Shown here in pieces: positions 49,903 through 58,374 of a DNA stretch of 64,000 nt. The stretch covers positions 32,001-96,000 of the forward strand of contig CAXXHA010000032.1 of the NCBI GenBank assembly GCA_963662265.2. The letters are read 5' to 3'. The position numbers and the translations under genes are program-made. Numbering within the stretch: position 1 is the stretch's first letter; each line of letters begins with the position of its first letter. Source of the DNA: Spirochaetia bacterium (GTDB taxonomy: Bacteria; Spirochaetota; Spirochaetia; CADAEX01). The notes beneath the pieces were generated by a model that saw only the letters and a program-made list of their open reading frames with translations, did no database searches and had not been told where the DNA came from.

Positions 49903-50406
49903 AATATAAAAATGTAAAATGTTATAACGGTTATGTCAATCATCATAAGACAATTGTAAGTCAACAATGATTTTTTATATCAAATCTACAATTAATAACT
50001 CATTACAGAAGCAGAAAAACATAAATATAAAAACCCGAACAGTAAAAGAGGACAAAACACATGATCATGTACTGCCGGGAGAATCTGTTTCAAAAACAAT
50101 AACAGCAGAGCCTTTTCATACCGGCAGAGAAAATCTTAAATATAAAGAACATTTACAAGCTTAAAAAAACTGCCTTTAATCCCATCAGAAAAAAAGGCAG
50201 CTGATCTACACCCCCTCCCAAAACTGTTCCGATGAGTAAAGTTCCATATAAGCAACGGGGTTGCAGATCTGTAAGGAATGGATTGTATGCCGGATCTAAA
50301 ATTTTAGAAATATATACAATCCAGTACCTCCCTGATATTCTAAAATTACACCGCAAGAAGCGTAGTATAAAACCCGGCCTGAGAATAAAAGAACGGTTAA
50401 AACGTA

Positions 50407-51918
50407 TCAGAAATCATAGACCTGCTGATACTTGCTGTTAAGATATCGTATAAAATATTCTGAATCAAGAGGTTTTCCAGTTACCTTATTCACAAGTTCT
50501 CCGGGTGTATAAAGGCTTCCATGCTGATGAATATTTTCCCTGAGCCAGTTCAGAATCAAAGAAAGCTCCCCTTTTTCCACAAAGGGATCTGTACAGCCCT
50601 TATCCTGTTCCAGCTTGTCAAAAAACTGGGCGCAGTAAAGATTGCCGAGAAGATATGTCGGAAAATAACCTATAGCCCCCATTGACCAGTGAACATCCTG
50701 AAGCACGCCATTTCTATTTGAATCGGGAATTATTCCAAGAAGATCAGAACTCAGACTGTTCCAGACATCAGGAAGATCTTCAACCTTTATATTTCCTTCT
50801 ACAAGTTCTTTTTCAATCCTGAACCGGAGAATTACATGCAGGTTGTAGGTCACTTCATCCGCCTCAACCCGGATAAAAGATGGCTCCACCCGGTTTACCG
50901 CCTTAAATAGCATCATATAATCAACATCACCAAGATTATCTGAAAAAATATTCTTAAGCTGAGGTGTAAAATATTTCCAGAAAGCCAGACTTCTCCCAAT
51001 GAAATTTTCCCACATACGTGACTGTGATTCATGAATCCCAAGAGATGTTCCTTCACCCAGGCATGTGTCTTTAAGCTTCCCAGAAATACCCTGCTCATAA
51101 AGCGCATGCCCTGCTTCGTGAATAATACTGTAAAGACCGGAAGGATAATAATTCTCATCATACCTTGTTGTTATCCTTACATCATCAAAACCCAGCTTGG
51201 TTGTAAAAGGATGGGCAGATATATCAAGCCTTCCCCGGGACATGTCATATCCCATCGGAGGAAGAAGAAGCTTCCCGGCCTTTTCCTGAAGATGTGATGG
51301 ATAATGCTTTCTGAGGAAACTGTCATCTATCTGGGAGGATGATTTTATTTTTTCAAGAAGCTTTCTGACCTCAGTCTCAAGAGGTGTGAAAACCGAATCA
51401 ACTTCAGAGGCAGTCATCCCTTTTTCATATTCATCAAGAAGTGCATCATAAGGGCTCTTTTCATATCCGAAGCGTTTTGCTTTTTCAAGAACAAGAGAGA
51501 GAAGTTTTTCAAACTGCTGAGAAAAGAGTTTGAAATCATCTTTTTTTCTGGCTTCAACCCAGACAGACTGTGTAATACTGGCCTGTCGTGAAAGCTCCAT
51601 GACAAGATCGGCAGAAAGAGCTGTCTGTTTTCTGTAATTATCAAAAAATTTCCTGACATAACCTCTGCCAGTTTCATCAAGAGCGGAAAGATCAAGATCT
51701 TCGAAGCTCTCTGCTCCGGCAAATACAGATTTCACAACATCTGAAGTCAGTCTTTCATGAATCAGACCGCTTAAAAGAGAAAGCTGCCTGCTTCTTTCTT
51801 CTATTGAACCGGACGGGATATATGTTTCCTGATCCCAGCTCAAAAGCGAGGATGTATGTGCAAGCAGATTGATCTCAGAGTCAATTTTTTTGAGTTTTTT
51901 AATATCTTTTTCTGTCAT
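50407..51918 (-). CDS. M32 metallocarboxypeptidase (carboxypeptidase Taq family)
   Basis: HPF, DVRITTRY, HEAGH (HExxH), HESQS, IRVEADE, QDVHW, GYFPTY. Confidence 0.95.
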   Translation of the reverse strand: MTEKDIKKLKKIDSEINLLAHTSSLLSWDQETYIPSGSIEERSRQLSLLSGLIHERLTSDVVKSVFAGAESFEDLDLSALDETGRGYVRKFFDNYRKQTALSADLVMELSRQASITQSVWVEARKKDDFKLFSQQFEKLLSLVLEKAKRFGYEKSPYDALLDEYEKGMTASEVDSVFTPLETEVRKLLEKIKSSSQIDDSFLRKHYPSHLQEKAGKLLLPPMGYDMSRGRLDISAHPFTTKLGFDDVRITTRYDENYYPSGLYSIIHEAGHALYEQGISGKLKDTCLGEGTSLGIHESQSRMWENFIGRSLAFWKYFTPQLKNIFSDNLGDVDYMMLFKAVNRVEPSFIRVEADEVTYNLHVILRFRIEKELVEGNIKVEDLPDVWNSLSSDLLGIIPDSNRNGVLQDVHWSMGAIGYFPTYLLGNLYCAQFFDKLEQDKGCTDPFVEKGELSLILNWLRENIHQHGSLYTPGELVNKVTGKPLDSEYFIRYLNSKYQQVYDF

Positions 51919-52089
51919 AGGTTTTATTATAACCTGAATAATCCGGAATTCATATTCTGATTTACAGGTTTTATTTCAGCGCCGCATGTACCAGAAAACA
52001 AAAACAGGCTGTAGCATCCCTCTTTTTCAGAATACTGCAGCCTTGAATATAATTAAATAAATTCTTTTATTGAAATATTTTCAGGTTTA

Positions 52090-53826
52090 TCAGATAAGCT
52101 CTTTTAAGCTGATTTTATCTAGAACAAACTTCACAGCTTCATCAGTTGTCAGACCGTTCATTTGCTTGCCTGTCCTGAGACGGATTGAAGCTCCCCCCTC
52201 TTCAGCTTCTTTTTCACCTATGATAAACATATATGGTATCTTTTCATTCTGGGCATTTCTGATTTTGGCATTCATTCTCTGATCACTGAGATCAACCTGG
52301 CTTCGAATCATGTTTTGTCTTAAAATCTTGTTGATTTTTTCAGCATATTCATTAAAAGCAGGAGCAACAGGAATAACTGATACCTGATAAGGTGAAAGCC
52401 ATACAGGGAAAGCGCCTGCAAAGTTTTCAACAAGTACTCCGAAAAACCTTTCAAGAGAACCGAGCAGCGCCCTGTGAACCATGTAAGGTCTTTTTTCCTT
52501 CCCGTCATGATCTACAAAAGTCATATCAAACCTTTCAGGCTCATTAAAATCAAACTGTATTGTAGAAAGCTGCCATGAACGTCCCAGAGCATCTTTTACC
52601 TTGAGATCAATTTTAGGACCGTAAAACGCGCCGCCCCCTTCATCAACATCATATTCAATTCCTTCAGCATTCAGAGAATTCTTAAGTGATTCCTCTGCAA
52701 CTTTCCACTGCTCAGGATCTCCTACAGATTTTTCAGGCCTTGTAGAGATATAAGCCTGGATATCTTCAAATCCGAATGATCTGAGCATAAAAAGACTGAA
52801 CCTTAAGACTTCAGAAATTTCATCTTCAATCTGGTCCGGTGTACAGAATATATGAGCATCATCCTGGGTAAATCCCCTTACTCTCAACAGGCCGTGAAGC
52901 GTACCTGATTTCTCATATCTGTATACAGTTCCAAGTTCCGCCCATCTGAAAGGAAGATCCCTGTAAGATCTCATTCCAGTTTTGTAAATCATAATATGGA
53001 ACGGGCAGTTCATGGGCTTGGCATAATAATTTGCCTTATCCATAACCATTTCCGGATACATCCCTTCTGCATAAAAATCAAGGTGGCCTGAAGTTTCCCA
53101 CAGCCATGATTTACCTACATGAGGTGTATACAAGAGTTCATACCCGTTTTTATAATGCTCATCTTTCCAGAATTTTTCTATTTCATGCCTGATTCTTGCA
53201 CCTTTCGGATGCCAGTAGACAAGGCCGGGACCAGCCTCTTCATGGAGTGAAAAGAGATCAAGCTCCCTGCCAAGTTTCCTGTGATCCCTCTTTTCCATTT
53301 CTTCGAGGTGCTTGAGATGGGCCCTGAGATCTTTCGGATTTGCCCAGGCTGTTCCGTAGATTCTCTGAAGCATAGGTCTCTTCTCGTCCCCTCTCCAGTA
53401 AGCTCCTGCAATAGAAAGAAGCTTGAATGCCTGGGGATTAAGCTTGCCGGTATCATCTACATGAGGTCCCCGGCAGAGATCTGTAAAATCGCCCTGATTA
53501 TAGACAGAAATCTCTTCATCTGCAGGAAGGTCATTTATAAGTTCAATCTTATATTCCTGATCCCTGAACATTGAAAGAGCTTCTTCTTTTGAAATAACAG
53601 ATTTCCTGAATTCTTTCTTTGATTTAAGGATATCTTTCATCCTGTTTTCAATTTCTTCGAGATCCTCCGGTTTCAAAGCTCTTGGAAGATCAAAATCATA
53701 GTAAAAACCATTTTCAATAGAAGGTCCGATTGCCACTTTTGCGCCCGGGAACATCTGAATTACAGCTTCCGCCATAACATGAGCCATTGAATGCCGGATT
53801 TTATCCAGTTTTTCATTTGCAGCCAT
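52090..53826 (-). CDS. thrS: Threonine--tRNA ligase (short form without TGS domain)
   Basis: RHSMAHVMA editing motif, DLCRGPH, KPMNCPFH, RVRGFTQDDAH, FYGPKID, HRALLGSLERF. Confidence 0.97.
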   Translation of the reverse strand: MAANEKLDKIRHSMAHVMAEAVIQMFPGAKVAIGPSIENGFYYDFDLPRALKPEDLEEIENRMKDILKSKKEFRKSVISKEEALSMFRDQEYKIELINDLPADEEISVYNQGDFTDLCRGPHVDDTGKLNPQAFKLLSIAGAYWRGDEKRPMLQRIYGTAWANPKDLRAHLKHLEEMEKRDHRKLGRELDLFSLHEEAGPGLVYWHPKGARIRHEIEKFWKDEHYKNGYELLYTPHVGKSWLWETSGHLDFYAEGMYPEMVMDKANYYAKPMNCPFHIMIYKTGMRSYRDLPFRWAELGTVYRYEKSGTLHGLLRVRGFTQDDAHIFCTPDQIEDEISEVLRFSLFMLRSFGFEDIQAYISTRPEKSVGDPEQWKVAEESLKNSLNAEGIEYDVDEGGGAFYGPKIDLKVKDALGRSWQLSTIQFDFNEPERFDMTFVDHDGKEKRPYMVHRALLGSLERFFGVLVENFAGAFPVWLSPYQVSVIPVAPAFNEYAEKINKILRQNMIRSQVDLSDQRMNAKIRNAQNEKIPYMFIIGEKEAEEGGASIRLRTGKQMNGLTTDEAVKFVLDKISLKELI

Positions 53827-54039
53827 AACATTTATCTCCTTGTTAAAAACTATTCAGTTTATTATTTATAAGAGCTGATTGCTCTGAAACATATTCAATC
53901 AAAACCTGATTCACCCGGTTTTTTCCGGACAGGACCTCACATTCTGCCTGCCATGCACTGAAATGCTACAAACCCAGGCATTGTATGGCACTGTGAATGC
54001 CATCAGGATTTTTGCCGGACCTTCCCACATCCATACAGG

Positions 54040-54244
54040 TTAGGGATTATTCAATCCTTTAAACTGGAAGCAACACAGCTTACACCTTGCGGTCGTCCAT
54101 CCTCCCTCGTACCTCGGGATAATAAATGGACGCCCAGGATTGCTACATCCTGTATTACCCAATGCTTGTCGTTCATCCACCCCCTGAAGGGGACCTTGTG
54201 CACACACAGGGGCACCCGTACCGCATAGGGACAGGTTCATCCAT
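54040..54244 (-). other. GC-rich multi-hairpin element of unknown class in the thrS leader
   Basis: Hairpins CCCC-TTCA-GGGG, CAGGAT/ATCCTG, CGTCCAT/ATGGACG and ACC-GCAA-GGT, the last three enclosed by a closing helix. Confidence 0.5.
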
Positions 54245-54245
54245 A

Positions 54246-54640
54246 AAATAAAAAAGCCTTTATACCTCTCGCCCTGATATTCCCCATATAATAAGGAAAT
54301 AATAAGGACGAAAAGCATAAAGGCTATGTACTTTCCGCGGTTCCACCTATTTTCGGTTCCAGACCTTTAAAGCGGTCCGGCTGCCGCACTTGTTTACCCC
54401 TGTAACAGCGGGGAATCTGTCCATATCTACTCAGCACAGCTTTGAACATGAATATTTCTCTATAAATTCGTCCGGAACCAGTTCCGGCACAGTTCAAATA
54501 TCTGCTGCTTTTCGGATGGAAGCTCGGGAGTGGTTTTCGAATACCCTTATGCCGGAAATATCTCAGCCTGCTTCCCTTCTTGGAAGACAGTATTTCCTCT
54601 CTCTGGACACAGAATGTACCTACTCGTCTCCGTCATTGCT
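54246..54640 (-). promoter_or_regulatory. T-box riboswitch, threonine-specific, transcription-attenuation type
   Basis: Stem I with ATGA/AGTA, AGAGAG and GCTGAGA motifs; specifier GAAA-ACC-A (ACC=Thr, 54532-54534); stem II S-turn GAAA/AGTA; T-box AGGTGGAACCGCG (54336-54348); terminator AGCCTTTAT...ATAAAGGCT plus U-tract. Confidence 0.93.
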
Positions 54641-54649
54641 GTTAAAATA

Positions 54650-54678
54650 AAAATAGTATCAGATAATATAATTGTCAA
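54650..54678 (-). promoter_or_regulatory. Sigma70 promoter for T-box/thrS leader
   Basis: TTGACA-N17-TATTTT directly upstream of stem I. Confidence 0.6.
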
Positions 54679-54917
54679 GTCCTGAAACCCTGGGGATAAA
54701 AAATACAATTACTCAATAGCTATCCCTGAATAAACATGCAGGCATCAGATTTTTCCATGAAAAAACCGAAATTGCTGTATAGTTTTACAGTAAACATCTA
54801 AACACTGTATTTTTTTCAAAATGGAAACGTTTGCTATTAAAATAACTCTTAGTTATCGATTGACTTGCTTTAAATAGGTATAGTAATCTTCTTTAATTTA
54901 TTAATTTGAGGGTTATT

Positions 54918-56393
54918 ATGGACACAGGTATATCGCTGGAGAAACTGGATAACTATAATCAGAGGCTGAATAAATGGGTTTCTGATGAAAAAGCAGCAAC
55001 AGAACTGCTGAATGTATCGGGGATTTTAAGATTTGATAAGACAATAGAGCTTATAATCCTGGGAAGACCGCTTAATGACAAAGGGGCAGGAAGTATACTG
55101 AACACACATCTTTTTGCTGAAAAAACACTGTCACATCCGGTCAGGGTGGAGAATTCCCTGAAATTTGCGAAAGCTATCCTGGCTTCAAATGTTGCACCTG
55201 CAAGAATAGACCTTGCAAGGCTTAACAGGGAATGGGATGAAGAAGCAGATTCATTTGGAAATGATCCAAATCTGTTTATTGAATCAAAACTTTCTTCAAT
55301 TATAAATGTTAATCCGCGAAATCTGGAAGACAAGGATGTTGTTATTTACGGTTTCGGAAGGATAGGCCGAATGGCGGCCAGAGAACTGATAACACAGTCA
55401 GGTAATGGTAACCAGCTCAGGCTGAGAGCAATTGTCACCAGAAAGTGCAGCAAAGAGGATCTTAAAAAAAGGGCTGATCTTTTCCAGAGAGATTCAGTTC
55501 ACGGAAGTTTTACAGGTGTTGTGGATATTGATTATGACAACATGTGCCTGAATATAAATGGACACCGGGTAAAGATGATTACTTCAGATTCACCTGAATC
55601 TGTTGATTATACCAGTGAAGATATTCATAATGCTCTTCTTATAGACAGTACAGGTGTCTGGAGAGACAGAGAGGGGCTTTCAAAACATCTTGAATCCAGA
55701 GGGATATCAAAAGTACTTCTTACAGCACCGGGAAAAGGGGATCTTCCAAACGTTGTATACGGAGTAAACCAGAATCAGGATGGAATCCAGGAGGAATCAA
55801 TTGTATCTGCTGCCTCATGCACCACAAATGCAATAGTCCCGGCACTTTCTGTGATTGAGAATAATTTAGGTATTGTAAAGGGACACCTTGAAACAATCCA
55901 TTCATATACAAATGACCAGAACCTTCTCGATAATTTTCACAGTAAAAAAAGACGGGGAAGAAGTGCACCTCTTAACATGGTAATAACTGATACAGGTGCT
56001 GCCAAAGCAGCAGCAAAGGCAATTCCCACTCTTCAGGGCAAGCTAACAGCAAGTGCCATAAGAGTACCCACACCAAATATGTCTCTCGCGATTTTAAGTC
56101 TTACTGTAGAAAAAGAGACTACAAAAGAAGAAATCGACAGGATGTTCTATGATGTTTCAATGAAAGGTGAGCTTATTGAGCAGATTCTATACAGCAATTC
56201 AACAGAATTTGTCTCTTCTGACGGGATAGGAGAAAACTGCACCTCAATATTTGACAGCCCTGCGACTCAGGTTTCAAGCGATGGAAAATCAATTGTAATC
56301 TATCTGTGGTATGATAATGAATACGGGTATACAAAGCAGGTTATAAGGCTTGGAAAACATATAACCGGAGTTAAAAGATACAGGTATTATTAA
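54918..56393 (+). CDS. gap: Glyceraldehyde-3-phosphate dehydrogenase, long form with ~135-aa N-terminal extension
   Basis: YGFGRIGR, DSVHG, ASCTTN catalytic Cys, RVPT, WYDNEYGY; ATG 54918 after GAGG. Confidence 0.9.
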   Translation: MDTGISLEKLDNYNQRLNKWVSDEKAATELLNVSGILRFDKTIELIILGRPLNDKGAGSILNTHLFAEKTLSHPVRVENSLKFAKAILASNVAPARIDLARLNREWDEEADSFGNDPNLFIESKLSSIINVNPRNLEDKDVVIYGFGRIGRMAARELITQSGNGNQLRLRAIVTRKCSKEDLKKRADLFQRDSVHGSFTGVVDIDYDNMCLNINGHRVKMITSDSPESVDYTSEDIHNALLIDSTGVWRDREGLSKHLESRGISKVLLTAPGKGDLPNVVYGVNQNQDGIQEESIVSAASCTTNAIVPALSVIENNLGIVKGHLETIHSYTNDQNLLDNFHSKKRRGRSAPLNMVITDTGAAKAAAKAIPTLQGKLTASAIRVPTPNMSLAILSLTVEKETTKEEIDRMFYDVSMKGELIEQILYSNSTEFVSSDGIGENCTSIFDSPATQVSSDGKSIVIYLWYDNEYGYTKQVIRLGKHITGVKRYRYY

Positions 56394-56687
56394 TATAAAG
56401 TTCCCCCCCAGATTTTAAAAGTACATAAAATAAGAAAAGAGGGAGAAGTTCCATGCTGTCAAGCAGGGGCTTCTTCCTTTTTTAAATTACCCTGTGTTTT
56501 ATCAGGAAGACTAAAAAATAATTCATATTTATAAAATGCTGTATTATAAAAATACAGAAATAATGATTAATCGGCTGTATATACAAGTTTTAATTTGATA
56601 CCGGGGGTAAAGCCCGGCTCTTCCCTTCCACTTTTAGGTAAAATATGTTAAAAAAAAATAAATATCAGACAAACAGGAAAAAAAACA

Positions 56688-57407
56688 GTGATAGAAAAAA
56701 TTAAAAAGCAGACAGTAGTAGAAACAGTCATGGACAAAATCAGAGATCTGATTTCATCAGGTGAATACAAGGTAAATGACAGACTTCCGACAGAAAACGA
56801 ACTTGCAGAAATGTTCGGTCTGGGCAGATCATCTATCAGGGAAGCTATCAAAGTATTCAACTACCTGGGCGTCCTGGAATCCCGAACTGCAAAGGGAACA
56901 TATGTCTGCGAACGGAACAACATTACAACAGAATTGATGAAATGGGCTGTACTGCTCGGAAATGACGATCTTTTTGAAATGGTTGAGATAAGAGGTTCAA
57001 TAGAACTCTATGCCATACTGAACCTGACTGAGAAATATAAAAACGGCGATGAAAAAGCAAAATCCTTTGTAAAACAGCTGGAAGAGGTTATTGTTGATTT
57101 CGACAAAGCAATAAATGAACTTTCCATCAGGGATATTATCAACTGTGATTACAGGTTTCATAATATAATTATTTCCAGTAATGAAAACAGCACTTTTTCT
57201 TCTATTTTTTCAGTCCTTGAAAATTTTCTGTGGGAAGAAATAAAACAGACATACAAGGCTTACAATGACTACAAGAAGATTTCCATTGAACACAGCGACC
57301 TTCTTGACAGCATTAAAACAGGTGATCCTGCAAAAGCCAGGGATGGACTTCTTGAACATATTGAAAATATCAAGGATAAGCTTAAAGAAGCTATGAGTAA
57401 AGAATAA
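56688..57407 (+). CDS. GntR family regulator, FadR subfamily
   Basis: wHTH LPTENELAEMFGLGRSSIREAI; FCD domain DYRFH...EH. Confidence 0.9.
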   Translation: MIEKIKKQTVVETVMDKIRDLISSGEYKVNDRLPTENELAEMFGLGRSSIREAIKVFNYLGVLESRTAKGTYVCERNNITTELMKWAVLLGNDDLFEMVEIRGSIELYAILNLTEKYKNGDEKAKSFVKQLEEVIVDFDKAINELSIRDIINCDYRFHNIIISSNENSTFSSIFSVLENFLWEEIKQTYKAYNDYKKISIEHSDLLDSIKTGDPAKARDGLLEHIENIKDKLKEAMSKE

Positions 57408-57426
57408 AAAATCATGATCTGTTGAT

Positions 57427-58194
57427 ATGGAAATTACTTTATATCAATTATTATTCCTGGCGCTTTATGCTTTTCTTGCAGGATGGGAAAGAGCCGGATT
57501 AAGAGCATCGCTAATGCCTGCTGTTCCGCTGCTTGTGGGAAGCATGGGTGCTGTCAATGCTCTCGGTTATATGATTCCGATTCTGATTGCAGGAGATCTG
57601 TTTTCTGTCACTTATTATAAAAAACATGCAGATAAAGAAAGTTTAAAACAGCTTGTTCCGTTTGCTGCTGCAGGAATTATTATAGGAATGGTTACTGGAA
57701 AGTTTATTTCCGGTGAAACATTTAAAAAAATCATTTCAGGCTTAATTATAATCAGTCTTACAATAAACCTTTTAAATCAAAAACTCCAGAAAAAGAAAGA
57801 AAATATTACTCCGGACTCCGAGGAAAACAGCAAATCAGTTTTATCAAAATCCGGACCTGTATTCAGTACTGCAACAGGATTTGTTTCAATGCTTGGCGGT
57901 TCAGGCGGACCTGTAATTTCAACATACTACCTGATGCTTGGAGTAAGTAAAAACTCGTTTATCGGGACAACTGCATGGTTTTTCTTCATAGTAAACCTGA
58001 TCAAAGCGCCTTTATACTTTTTTATATGGAAGAATATAAGCAAACAATCCCTGATGACAGATTTATTTATGCTGCCCTTGCTGGCGGCAGGAATATTTAC
58101 AGGTATTTTCATTGTAAAAAAAATAAATGAAAAGCTTTTCAGGATTGTTATTTATGCAGCTACCCTGCTGTCTGCAGTAAAACTCCTCTTTTAA
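57427..58194 (+). CDS. TauE/SafE (TSUP) family membrane protein
   Basis: About 8 TM helices, GDLFSV.YY, GGSGGP, FIGTTAWFFFIVNLIK. Confidence 0.8.
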   Translation: MEITLYQLLFLALYAFLAGWERAGLRASLMPAVPLLVGSMGAVNALGYMIPILIAGDLFSVTYYKKHADKESLKQLVPFAAAGIIIGMVTGKFISGETFKKIISGLIIISLTINLLNQKLQKKKENITPDSEENSKSVLSKSGPVFSTATGFVSMLGGSGGPVISTYYLMLGVSKNSFIGTTAWFFFIVNLIKAPLYFFIWKNISKQSLMTDLFMLPLLAAGIFTGIFIVKKINEKLFRIVIYAATLLSAVKLLF

Positions 58195-58374
58195 AAACTA
58201 TCACGGCAGCTGAAGAAAAGGTCAATACTCAAACACTTCTTACTATACCCCCCCCATTTTCATTTTTTATGAATCAGCAAAACTGACAATAAAACAAACT
58301 TTTTCTGGCTTTTTTAAATAAGGTAATGTAAATTAAGATTGACTGCTTACAGATATAATTCAGGAGTATATAAA

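Noticed and set aside
49967-50441. Small ORFs between pgsA and the M32 peptidase
   Set aside because: No RBS or motifs, mutually overlapping, composition like intergenic DNA
52090-53826. ThrRS lacking the N-terminal TGS domain as a truncation
   Set aside because: Strong RBS at the start; ~580-aa ThrRS is normal in spirochaetes and other lineages
54040-54244. 6S RNA, tmRNA, RNase P, cobalamin or ykkC/ppGpp riboswitch
   Set aside because: No long closing rod and no convincing match to their core motifs by eye; kept as an unknown element
54040-54318. 92-aa ORF (and 86-aa ORF 54390-54650) as leader peptides
   Set aside because: They overlap T-box structural elements, have no RBS and no Thr-codon run
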